Source of the DNA: a virus
Taxonomy: Duplodnaviria > Caudoviricetes
Virus record (IMG/VR): IMGVR_UViG_3300014205_000003
Location: 96,001 to 160,000 of that record
Reading direction: 5' to 3' (one strand)
Length of the DNA: 64,000 nt
The notes below the pieces were generated by a model. That model searched no databases and was not told the DNA's origin. It saw only the letters and a program-made list of their open reading frames with translations. Both the position numbers and the translations under genes were made by a program. The first letter of the stretch is position 1; each line of letters begins with the position of its first letter. Of this stretch, positions 20,504-31,449 are shown in pieces.

Positions 20504-20854
20504 GTGAACGTACGACCTATACAAACACTCAAAGAAGCAGTAAGTGATTTCCGACGTCTTGGTTGTACGTCCTTACCTCTTAGTCTGGACGAAATTACAC
20601 TGCTTACGAATCTTGCAGAGTCTAAGCACGTGTACAAAGTTCTCAGCGATGCGGAGAGCAAAGCTGAGACACACTGGCACTGCAATCAGACAGATGAATC
20701 TATGAACGAGTATGATAAAGCAGCTGTTGCTGAGTCTGACGCCTGCTTGAAAGAAGAGCAGAGTTATACAGAAGCGCTTGTTGCAGGATTGTTTGGAGAT
20801 GTGCAGATGGACATCATCCCGAATCAGAAACCTTACAAACTGCCGGAGGCCTAG
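20504..20854 (+). CDS. Hypothetical protein
   Basis: 116-aa ORF abutting the primase stop. Confidence 0.65.
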   Translation: MNVRPIQTLKEAVSDFRRLGCTSLPLSLDEITLLTNLAESKHVYKVLSDAESKAETHWHCNQTDESMNEYDKAAVAESDACLKEEQSYTEALVAGLFGDVQMDIIPNQKPYKLPEA

Positions 20855-21113
20855 ATGAACAATCAAGAAGCAATTGTTAAGTGTTTCGAAGCGGCTTCGT
20901 ATGCAATCATGGTTTGGGCCTTCTGCCGCTATGTAGTTGGGAGTAAGGACTGATGAAAGAGTTTGAAGTAGAAGTGCTATGTCAGATTCGAAAACGCGTT
21001 ACATGTCTATGTGAGACAGAAGAACAAGCCCGAGAGAATCCTTGGGAACACGCTGTAGATGAAAGCGAATTATATATGTATGACTGGGAAGTACGAAGCG
21101 TAAAGGAAGTAAT

Positions 21114-22676
21114 ATGAAAACTAAGGTGGGGTGTTATAACTGCGGCGTAAAAGCTATTTCTGTTCATGGCTCTGTTCCTGTTAAGTGGTGTAAACTCGAA
21201 AAGCTTGAAGAAAACGATGATACAGGTAAACAGACGTACTCTGTAAAATTCTTCTGCAGCAACGCGTGTCTGATGAACTACTGTCACTGCGTTGACAATG
21301 GAGACGAGGAATGAAGCACAAACCTGTAGATGAACAAATTCGAAACTACAAAGCTTCTGCCCGCTGTCCTATCTGTCGCAGTGAGCAAGTAGAGGAACAC
21401 AACAAGCTCCCTTACAAGAATCGGACTGTGGTGTGTATGGAGTGCATGGACTGTGACGAAGAGTGGTCTGAAGAGTTCTACATGGATGACAGTGATGTAT
21501 GAACACTTTTCACTATGCAGACTTTGAGAGTGTTTGTCCCTATTGCGAGGTAAAAGCTATTCATCTACACAATGACCCTAAGTTGTTTGGTGAAGATCTT
21601 GTTTGTCTGTATTGGCAGTGTTCTGCGTGTGAGGAGGAATGGTGTCAAAACTTTCATGCGGTACCTGACAATGATTCACAAGCCTAACCAGACAGACTTC
21701 TTCAAACGGCCTGACATGTGTCCGTACTGCGAAACCAAAGACCCGCCTACAACAGTTGTCTACAACTACCCCACAGTTGTCAAACAAGTAAAGTGCTGCA
21801 CAAAGTGCTTGAATCATTGGACAGAAGAGTATGTCCTGTGTGGGGTAATCTTTCAAGGAGATAAGGCAAAAGATGAGCTTGACAACTCAACAAATCTGTA
21901 AATGTATGCAGAATCCTAAACAGTGTCCCTATTGTGACAGTGAAGATATCGGCATAGATGACTGCGATGCAGGGTCTGACAAGAAGTGGAAGACAGACAT
22001 CTACGAATGTTATGACTGTCATGGCGTTTGGACGCTTGAGTACAAACTTGAAACAGCATATGGAAATCCATGAAACACACCCTTGAACAACTCAACGAAG
22101 CCATGAAATGCCCTAAGTGCGGAGATCTGGACTGGGACATCGATGATGAGAGCCAGAGTGAATTGACATATCTTCAGTTCTGCATCTGCAAGAAGTGCAA
22201 GACATCTTGGACAAAGACTTACCTCTTTGCCCACATAGACGAACCGCAACCCTTGGAGAACTAAATGAAAACACCAACGTTCCCTTTGACAGATGCTGAG
22301 TACCGCAGGACGCCTGGAATGTGTCCGTTCTGTGGAGGTGAAAACATTACTGGAGAGTCTGTAGATATCAACAGTTATGCCGCCTATCAGGAGATCAACT
22401 GCGCAGATTGCGAAGAAACGTGGTTCGATGTTTACGAACTTCAAGGCTACGAAAGGATTAAGCGTACAGATGAAAATGTCTAATAACCAATTGAAAAAAT
22501 GTCTTGACAATCCTTCAGAGTGTCCTTTCTGCAAAGCAAAAGACATTGTTCTGACTGACAGATTCTTTATCACTGACAGTAACAAGAGCCGAGAGTTCTT
22601 TACTTGTCCTGTCTGTAACAAGTACTGGCTCGTAGAGTTTACAGCCACGTTCGCGGAGATGTTGTATCATGATTAA
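21114..22676 (+). CDS. Array of about eight small zinc-ribbon proteins (21114, 21311, 21499, 21671, 21873, 22070, 22265, 22470 starts)
   Basis: Repeated CPxC...CxxC...W.E.Y pattern; overlapping stops/starts. Confidence 0.8.
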
Positions 22677-23048
22677 ACCTAAAGACCGCTACGACTGGAA
22701 GATTCGTATCAGCGATGGCTTTGCAGAGTATGAGTACAAGTTCTCGTCGCCCATTAGCACTTCCATCTTCTGTGTTCAGGAGGCTGTAAGGAAGCACCTC
22801 CGATGTAATCCTGTAACTGGCACATGTACGAAAGGGACATTCGCACGAATTCAACGAAAGCTGGATCGCGCCTCGAAAAGCTGAACAAGCTTCTCCAAGA
22901 AGTTCAAGCTGAAGGCAAAGGCGACTACATCGCTGTAGAGCCCGAAACCTTGAAAGCTCTCCTTACTACTGCAGACAACGCTGTACAAGAGTTTGGAGAA
23001 GTCTGCGTCTGTGACTACTACAAAGCTGTTAAGTACCTAAACAGTTAA
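22669..23048 (+). CDS. Two small hypothetical proteins
   Basis: ORFs 22669..22884 and ~22824..23048. Confidence 0.5.
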
Positions 23049-23086
23049 CTAACATCAAACAAGAACATAGAAGGTAACAGAAAACA

Positions 23087-23689
23087 ATGAGTACTCTCAC
23101 CACTTCCGCTGCTTCCGAAAATACTGGCAAAATGACTCCGTTCGAGGCTGGTCGTAAAATTATTGAACAGGCTACCAGTGGATATCCCTATGCCGTTGCG
23201 ACCTACAAGGCTTTCATTGCTCAGGGAAACACTCAACAGGATCTTCATCACGCACATCCGCATGTGGCGATGTATTTCTGGAACACTATCAAACTGTTGG
23301 CTGAAAACGTCATTCCAGAACTGCTTGTTGTTGTGATGCCCACAATTGCTCGTACCATGCGGACTCTTTCTCCTAAAGAACAGATGCGAATCTTGAATGA
23401 GGGTGTAGATGTTCGCTCCTCTGATGGGTCGTGCTTGAAAGTTCGTCTTCAATCTCTGACCACGCAGCAACGGCGAATGGTTTTTGCTAAGGATCATATT
23501 CGCACTATTGCAGAACAGCGAAACTGGGTTGAGGGCGAGATCTTGAAGAGGCGTCTGGCTCCAGAAGAGAAACCTGTTATTAAACTGGCAAAGTGGGAAT
23601 ACGTTCAGGGTGGCGTAAACACTCTGGTAACTGGATTTATATCTAACAGTGATATTCTTCGCATGGCAAGACACATTCGTGGTGCGTAA
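23087..23689 (+). CDS. Hypothetical protein
   Basis: 200-aa ORF with an A-rich leader. Confidence 0.7.
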   Translation: MSTLTTSAASENTGKMTPFEAGRKIIEQATSGYPYAVATYKAFIAQGNTQQDLHHAHPHVAMYFWNTIKLLAENVIPELLVVVMPTIARTMRTLSPKEQMRILNEGVDVRSSDGSCLKVRLQSLTTQQRRMVFAKDHIRTIAEQRNWVEGEILKRRLAPEEKPVIKLAKWEYVQGGVNTLVTGFISNSDILRMARHIRGA

Positions 23690-24270
23690 TGACAGAAGAT
23701 CCTGTTGCGGACTTGTGCAACTTTGTCGAAAACTTTCACAGGAGCTTCTTCGTGACTCCCAAAGAAATTCAACACACAGAGACTCTTAACAGATTACTTG
23801 TTCTTCGAGATAAAGCAAGGTGTTCCAAAGCAGAGTTGTTTGCAGCATACAAAGCTTCAGGTATATCGAAGACAGAAGTAAAAAAGATGCCGAAGTATTC
23901 TAGTTTCTTTGGTATGCTTAAAGACCTATCTAAGCAAATCAAGACTGCTAGGGTTGCCCTATTCCTTACAAAGAAGTGGAAAGATCCAGAAGCGGCATTT
24001 GCCCATAGTGAGTACCTGCGTGCGTATCGCAACCGTCCAGAAATAAGAGAGAAAGCGCGAGAGTATCGCAGGAACTATCAAAGGGTATATAGGACTATCC
24101 CCTCACATAAGGCGAAGAAAGCAGAGTATATGCGTAAATATCAGGCGAGGCCCGAAGTAAAGGAAAGCACCCAGAGAAGTAAAGAAACGAAACGTATGAC
24201 TATGATGATGTTGAACAATGCAATTCTGCTCAATGATTTGAAGAGTGCTGAAAGTAATGTTGCTGCCTAA
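23689..24270 (+). CDS. Basic hypothetical protein with repeated 'EY.R.Y...PE' helices
   Basis: EYLRAYRNRPE, EYRRNYQRVY, EYMRKYQARPE. Confidence 0.65.
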   Translation: MTEDPVADLCNFVENFHRSFFVTPKEIQHTETLNRLLVLRDKARCSKAELFAAYKASGISKTEVKKMPKYSSFFGMLKDLSKQIKTARVALFLTKKWKDPEAAFAHSEYLRAYRNRPEIREKAREYRRNYQRVYRTIPSHKAKKAEYMRKYQARPEVKESTQRSKETKRMTMMMLNNAILLNDLKSAESNVAA

Positions 24271-24284
24271 CAGAGAAAGGAAAT

Positions 24285-24485
24285 ATGGAAACACGTAGTC
24301 AATCGGTTCAGTATGCCCTTGAACGTGCCAACTGCTCTCCTGAACGTGCTCCTATCTTCGCCGTTGAGAAGGAGACCATGAGACTCCTTCTAGAACTGGA
24401 GGAGATGGCAGACGCTCAAGGCCATGACAAGGATTGTGACTGTGCTCTCTGCAGGTTCTCGATACACATGAAGACGTTGCTGTAA
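24285..24485 (+). CDS. Hypothetical protein
   Basis: 66-aa ORF with AAAGGA RBS. Confidence 0.6.
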   Translation: METRSQSVQYALERANCSPERAPIFAVEKETMRLLLELEEMADAQGHDKDCDCALCRFSIHMKTLL

Positions 24486-24499
24486 TCAAAGAAAGGAAG

Positions 24500-27400
24500 G
24501 TGTATGTGATCAGTTCCCAAATGTCATCTCAACAAATGACCTTGGGGAACCATCTGTTCCAAGTCGAACTGTGGGATGGTGTCAAAGACCCGCTCCAAGA
24601 CACTCATCTGGTAATCGATACGGAAACTCTACCAATAGTCTTAGGTAAAGTCCCTCCTGTATCAACATTGCAGATGTACTACCCACACTCAGAATTCGTA
24701 CAGATCGTTCAAGGACCAGAAGCTATTCAACTCTACCTCAAGAGAGCTCTGGAACTAAACCCAGGATGTGAAGTGGTAGGGCACAACTTCGCCTTCGACT
24801 TCGAAGTCCTAGGAGGCAGAAGCAATGACCTGCTGATGAAAGCCGTCTCGCAGTCTCGTGCAGTATGCACAGGCATGAGATTTATGCTCAAAGTCATGTC
24901 AGAAGGAAAATGGCAAGACCATCAAAAATGGTCGCTAGATTTCTGCCTTAAAAGCTTCCACGGATTAGTGTTAGAGAAGGATCAAGAGCTTCGACTGTCC
25001 TTCAAGCCTGACGTGCCTCTCACAGATGCTCAAATACACTACGCAGCCTTAGACCCTGTAGCAACTTGGATGGTGTACGAAGCCATGCCAAACAAAATGC
25101 CTACAGAAGGCGTGCAAGTCAAAGGAGCTATCTGCTTAAACCGCATAAGTATCAATGGCTTGAGAGTCAATCGAAAGAAGCTTAAGAGCCTGCAGGAGAA
25201 GTTCGAGAAAGCTGTAAAGCTCCATGAGAACGTCTTGCATGCTTTCGGATACTTCATCAAGGTTAAGAACAACACTCAACGTCTTCAGGCAATCCTGAGA
25301 AACATTGAGTTGCGTTCTGGATTAGTGTTCCCAAGACAGACGAAGAACCCTGATAAGATATGCACAGGTGCTAAACTCGTAGCCTTGTATCCTGATAATG
25401 TTCATCCGTTCCTGTCAGCAGCTAAAGAACAAGCTCATGCTAACAAGATGCTGAGTACGTTCTTGAACGATCGATTCATTGGTGAAGATGAACGTGTTCA
25501 TCCACGAATAAACTCGATGCTTGCTACGACTAGAACAGCTATGTCAGATCCTCCTATGCAGACTATCCCTAAGGGGGACGACATTCGAGGACAGTATGAA
25601 GCGGCTCTAGGTTTCTGTCTGCTTGCATGTGACTATTGTCAGCAGGAGCTCTTAGCACTTGCAGAGAACTGTTTCATCCGATTCGGATTCTCCAAGATGA
25701 TGGAAGTTATCCAATCAGGCGTGGATATCCACAAATGGTTTGGTAAGCTGATCATGCAACAAAGCGGTGGAAACATCAATGATGGTACGGACTATAGACA
25801 ATTGGCTAGAAATACTTGGCCCCTTGCAGTGTGAACTGCATTGAAGAAGTAGGCTAATTCGGTGAACGCTTAACAGGTAATGCTGATGCCAACGCCGAGC
25901 TAAGTGGAAGACTATTCTTCCTAAACGTGTAGAGCACATATACCTGCACTCTCGATTTGAGAGGATAACATGTGCCAGACCACGAACCTCTGAAGGGCGT
26001 CGAAAGACGAAGTGGTAAGAAGTCAACGAATTTCGGTATAGACAAATAACAAACGTTAAAACAGTTTCAAACCCTTTTGTAATTTGCCTGTATATTAGTG
26101 TAGATTCTAAACAAAGGAGACTACGCTATGTTAACAGGCATTTGTGCTTATTGTAAAAAAGAGTTTAAGGCGCAAAGAAGCACGCGACGGTTCTGCTCTA
26201 GTTACTGCAAATCCACATCTGGTTTCAAAGAAAAAGCAGCAAGTATGCCTCCTCACACTTGTATAACATGTGGAACTGTGTATCAACCACAGTGGCCTAA
26301 ACAAGTAAAGTTTTGTAGTCGGAGTTGTGAAGTAACGTACTCACATGCTAATCACTGGTCCATGAAAGACAGGGTTTGTATTACATGTGAGAAGACTTTT
26401 CAATCTCTCCGAAAAGACTGTAAAGAGTGTGAAGATTGTTTTAAGGAACGAACGAGGGCTTCAGTTCTTGCTGCTAGTTTAAAGTATTTCCCTAATCGTA
26501 AACTTGGAATAGGGAGCGGTGGTGGGCAGCACTACGACCCTAGTAAAGGGGCTAGACAAGCCCCTTCTGATTCCACGTATAGACGCAGAGGCCTAGAGGC
26601 TCATGGGAAAGAATGTCAACATTGTGGATTTACGAAGTATCCAGAGATTCTTGTTGTACATCACATAGACATGGACAGGACAAACAGCAATATTGAAAAC
26701 CTTGCTGTACTCTGTCCTAATTGTCATGCGTATTTACATCGAGAACTCAAGAGACGTGTGTGGGCTGGTTACGACATGTCGAAAAATCTTTGCTCCACTG
26801 TTTTTAACGAGATTAGAAATGCCGAAGTAAAATCGCGGAATGAAGCGGGGAACTCCTATCCAACAGTAGGACAATCCGAACCGAAGGCTAGTGGGGACAC
26901 TAGTCAGGGGCAACGCATACCAGCAGAGGAAGAACTCCTATCAGCTGACACGAGGCCGCGAAACTCTTAACAGAGTTAAAAGATATGCTGGACTACAGAT
27001 ATACATAAAACTGTAGAAGCAGAGGATAACAAACCTTTGCGCTAACACAACGTTTCCTGGTGGATTGAGAGAGAAGACCTTCATTGAGTATGCTAAGACG
27101 AATTATGGCGTAACTGTTACCTTTGATCAAGCTGTAATGCTTCGTGAGTTGTGGTTGAAATCTTTCCCTGAAATGGAGTTGCATCTCCAACCAGAGAAAG
27201 ATCCTTCGCATCCTGACATGTTCATTGCCAAGAACATTCAGGGTTGGGTCAAGCCTAATACGATGTACTGTGCTGCCTGCAATGCTGCTTTCCAATCACT
27301 CGCGGCGTCTTCTACTAAGCTTGCTTTGTGGGAGTTGTACAGGAACAACATTCGTACAAACTTGGCTGTGCACGATGAGGCTATTTGCGAGCTCGAGATT

Positions 27401-27772
27401 GGCCCTAACTTGCAGAAGGAAGTTGCGCTTGTACAGGAGTGTATGATCAAGGGTATGGGACGAGTTGTGAAGCATGTTCCTATTCGTGTTGAGTCTGCGT
27501 TGATGATTCAGTGGAACAAGAAGGCTAAGCCGATCTACGGACCTGACGGAGAGACTCTTCTTATATGGACGCCTGACGTGCTTCCATTGACTAAGAAAGA
27601 TCCGAAGGTTGTGGTGAAGGTTGAGGCTTTGCTGAAGAGGCCTGTAGAGGACATGTTGAAGATGGACCCGAAGGAAGTTGCGGATCTTACTCCAGAGGGC
27701 TGGAGACCGCTGTTTAACCACAAAAATGAGGGGCTGTACGGATGGCAACCTCTTGCGTCAGCATATAACTGA
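24500..27772 (+). CDS. polA: Family A DNA polymerase, spliced join(24500..25807,26020..26037,27053..27772), ~681 aa
   Basis: Exo motifs IDTET, HNFAFD, YAALD; motif A CDYCQQEL; motif B rebuilt as RQLA|KSTNFG|FPGGL; motif C VHDE. Confidence 0.92.
25808..26019 (+). mobile_element. ORF-less group I intron (212 nt), polA intron 1
   Basis: Exon ends in U; P1 GGCU/GGCC; P10 ACUU with exon AAGU; AATTCGGTGAA / AACGCCGAGC; P7-like GCACAU/AUGUGC; terminal G. Confidence 0.85.
26038..27052 (+). mobile_element. Group I intron with HNH ORF, polA intron 2
   Basis: Exon UUCGGU pairs with GCCGAA at 26821 (ORF lies in the P1 loop); P3 CGCGG/CCGCG; P7 GCAUA/UAUGC; terminal G at 27052. Confidence 0.87.
26128..26970 (+). 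CDS. Intron-encoded HNH homing endonuclease with N-terminal zinc-finger repeats
   Basis: Repeated CxxC...FCSxxC; CQHCG...VHHIDMDRTNSNIENLAVLCPNCHAYLH. Confidence 0.9.
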   Translation: MLTGICAYCKKEFKAQRSTRRFCSSYCKSTSGFKEKAASMPPHTCITCGTVYQPQWPKQVKFCSRSCEVTYSHANHWSMKDRVCITCEKTFQSLRKDCKECEDCFKERTRASVLAASLKYFPNRKLGIGSGGGQHYDPSKGARQAPSDSTYRRRGLEAHGKECQHCGFTKYPEILVVHHIDMDRTNSNIENLAVLCPNCHAYLHRELKRRVWAGYDMSKNLCSTVFNEIRNAEVKSRNEAGNSYPTVGQSEPKASGDTSQGQRIPAEEELLSADTRPRNS

Positions 27773-27785
27773 GAAAAGATGAAGT

Positions 27786-28213
27786 ATGCAGAGCTTTGAT
27801 CAATTGCTTGTGGAAGATAGTCTTAAGTATCCTTGGTGGGTTGTTTCATTGGACAAAGAGGGCAAGGTCTTGATGGCGATGGCATATAAGACACGTGCAG
27901 AAGCTCGTACGTACATGCGGAACTGGAAAGGCATTTCTGCTCCAACTTTACACAAGCGCGTTCTTGGAACTCGAATGGAAATGCAGTTTATCAAGGAGTC
28001 AAAATGATGTGCAGAGACAAAACGTTTAATGGTCGTAAGGGCTGGTGGGTTCTGCGTGTTAAGGACGGTGAAGTGTTGAGTGCGGAAAATTTCGATACTA
28101 GGAAGTGGGCGCGTTTTGCTAAGCAGACTCGTCAGTCTGACGCTACGTCCAAAGTTAAAGACGCTACTTATGTGATTGTCAGGAATTTCGTATGCGGTGG
28201 AGACTGCGGGTGA
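27786..28213 (+). CDS. Two 'WW...TR..AR' family hypothetical proteins (27786..28007, 28004..28213)
   Basis: PWWVV...YKTRAEAR; GWWVL...FDTRKWAR. Confidence 0.7.
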
Positions 28214-31200
28214 GATACGTTGTAGGCATTACGCAGAGATTAACACGCTATCACGAGATTGTAGTAGAAGCAAAGAACATGCGAGAAGCTTCTGAAAAAG
28301 CTTTCTCTGCCGCTGAGGATTACGAACACTGGGACGAATGTGACGAAGCAGATCATGATTATCTGGTCGATTCAATAAACAAAGAAACAAAGGACACCGA
28401 CTAATGCAGTACACCCTCATCAACGCTGACACTAATGTTAAGCTCGTCGTCAAAACCCTCAAGGGCTTTACCGTAGAGACTAAGTATGTTGCAGACGGAA
28501 CGAAGCTGGATGCCTTCGTGTATCTTCGTGCTGAAAGTGGCGATCGCTACTTCCTCGACTGCAAGAATGCTTCCAGTGGCTTCTTGGTTCGTAAGAACGA
28601 GAGTTATGTCGTCTACTGCGAGTCTCTCACGACTATCTGCAGTGGTCGTCAGTTCGCTGTGGAGATGCTCAAGGCTTACGCAGACTTGTATGCAGACTCT
28701 GTCAAGAAGTTGATTGCTCTGGATGTGGACGACGAGAAGTTCTTCAAGGCTGAAGCAGACTCCTTGAATCAGTGTGAGAAGTTCAACAACGTGATGAAAG
28801 AGACTGCTAAGCGGTCGCACAAGAAAGGTGGGAAGTAACATGACTTTGAAAAGCACTTGGGACAGACTTCTGCGAAAGTTCAACAAGCCGTCTTCAGATG
28901 CTCGTCGGATTGAAGTTCCTGAGGCCAATGTGGACGCTCTGCTGAGTCTATGGGACAAACACAAAGTTCAAGGGTCTATAAAGAACGCGTTGGAGTTGGA
29001 TAAGTACGCTTTTCAGATCTGTCCAGCGATGACGGAGTGGGGTGGAGATGCCGACTGGAATCTACATGTCGGTAATGGTAAGTTGTGGATTGTGGAAGAT
29101 GTCTGAGAAAGAGTTGACAGAGCTTCTTTACAGGTGTCATCCGTTTTTGATTCATTCTCTTTGTACTATTCCAAAGGACAACAGAGAATACAAAGATGCG
29201 GTGGCACTTGTTGAAGAAGTGAATACTGTTCTTTACGGTGATATTGACAAACTCCTTACAAAACACTCAAACAACAAGGAACAAAGCAAATGACAACAGA
29301 AACCAAAGTGGAAGAGAAACCTGTGGAAGCTAAGACGGAGCCCGTTAAGGTTAAGCGTGAACCTATGAAGGGCTTGAAGGCTTTGCGTGCTGTTAGTGAC
29401 AAGAAGCCGTCTTTTGTCTGTGAGAACTGCAAGTGTGTTCGCTACAGTAAGTGTGGCTGCAAGAAGAACCAGTAAGATGTTGAAGTACTATGTAAAGTGT
29501 AGAGGGGAAACCGTATCTGACGCTAGAGTTATTCCTTCGTACTTGAAAATAGGCAACAGCCTTTGTACATGTCCTCCAATCTATGCTAGAGCGGCAGCTG
29601 AGCACTTTGACAGCTACGACGACGTTCGTGGTGTCATATCATGGCCTCTCAACTTCACAATTGTGGATGAAGAGGAGAAGGAGTGGACGATTCGCGTCGA
29701 CAAGATTACAGAACCTATCTATGTGGTTATGGAGACCGAGGAATAATGCTTAAGTACTACATCAAAGAGTATGGTAATGGACCTGAGGATGCTCAAGAGC
29801 TTCCTTCAGGTGTCTGGAACTGTGATACAGATTGTGCTGAGGACTTTGCAGAAGCTGCCGCAGCTTATGATCACGATCACCATGATGGCTGGGAATGTAC
29901 TTGGCCTATTGTCTATACTGTTGTCTACGACGACGGTACAGAAGTAGATCTTGAGGTAGAGCGAGAGTTTGATCCTATCTTTTCTGCGTGTGAGGTACAT
30001 CGTGCAAAAGACTAAAGTCGTCATCTACGTAGCTGGAGGAGTCGTTCAGGAAGTTCTGTCAAACGATCCAGAGATTGAGATCGTACTGATGGACCAAGAC
30101 AACTGGGACGAAGATCCAGACAGTGTTGGACTGTTTGACGAAGCCTATGCAGTTGCTGTCAAAGATACAGACTGTGTGCCCTTCTGATGAAACCCTCAAC
30201 TGTTCGCAGATCTTTGGAGCTTCAAGGTCTTGGCAAAACTTTGGAGCTCGCAAAGGTCGTGGAAGTAAGTAAAACACAAGGTCGAATGTTTCTGTACATT
30301 GAGGAGATTGAAGGAACAGACACTTGGCGTCTGACATACGACAAGAGACTTATTCCAGAGATCCGAGACTTACAGAGCATTCGAATAGTACGAGAGGATG
30401 TCTGAATGACGAAAAAACGAAAGAGTGTTGATGTAACTACGTTGCTTGAAAATCTGGAATGGCAACTAAAACGAAACGAAGACATGTTGAAGAAAGTTGT
30501 AGAAGAGCATAGTTATGGTGCAGCTAATTATCGCGATGGGATAATCACAGGATTGCACATAGCTATCTCAGAACTTCAGAGTGTTGCACATGTCTAATGT
30601 AAGCGGAGCACTGCCATGTCCTACACAAATCTAAGTAGCGTTGACTGTCATACGAAGAAGCGACGAACCTGTGAGTGGTGTGGAGAAGTAATCTTTGCAG
30701 GAGCCTGCTGTCACAGGATAACAGGTGTCTTTGATTGGGAAATGGTTAGTCAGTATCTTCATCCAGAGTGTTATGCTGTTCTCCAACTTCACAATTTTGA
30801 TCCCTACGAAGATGACTACGAACCGTCTGGCTACTACAGGGGATTTGACGTAAATACAGAACAATGTACCAAAGAGGAGATGCTCCTTGGCTAAACAAAC
30901 AGTAGTAAATGTGAAAGAGTTGCTTGAGTCGTTAGAAGCGACTGAGAGGGTGTGGGAAACTCGTCTTAAGGAAATTATAGCAGAAAGAGATTACGGCAAA
31001 GCACATTTTCGAGATGGGATGCTGTCAGGATTGAAAACTGCTATAGAGCAAATCAAGGAACAAGCTAGTGGTTACTAAACGAAAGGATAAGAAGAATGCC
31101 TAAGTATCGTGCGTGGATGCCTAAAACTGTGCTGGTTGAAGCTATTCTGGATTTTGACGAACCTCTGAAGCCTGGAAAGAAGGGTGATCACAAACGTCTT

Positions 31201-31341
31201 GTAGCCGCTTTCCGAGACGAAGGTGAATGTCTTGCAGTGCTTTGCAGTGACTGCGAAGAGCATATAATGTTCGAGCCAGATGATCTCGAATATACTAAGG
31301 TTGAAGATACAGAAATTGAAATCACGAAGATCAGTGACTAG
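28210..31341 (+). CDS. Run of about 13 small hypothetical proteins, including an MLKYY pair (29477..29746, 29746..30015) and a pair at 30406..30597 and 30887..31078
   Basis: Contiguous coupled + strand ORFs with internal paralogy. Confidence 0.65.
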
Positions 31342-31449
31342 CCCTGATATTTTGTGATATTCGGTGCTACATTAGAAGTCACTCAACGACACTTGAACAT
31401 CCTCAAATGTCACTCAAACAAACTGCTAGAAACGAAGGAAAACACTGCT

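Noticed and set aside
12335-27772. Helicase and polymerase as frameshifted pseudogenes or stop-codon recoding
   Set aside because: The breaks are fully explained by group I introns, and other genes end normally at TAA, TAG and TGA.
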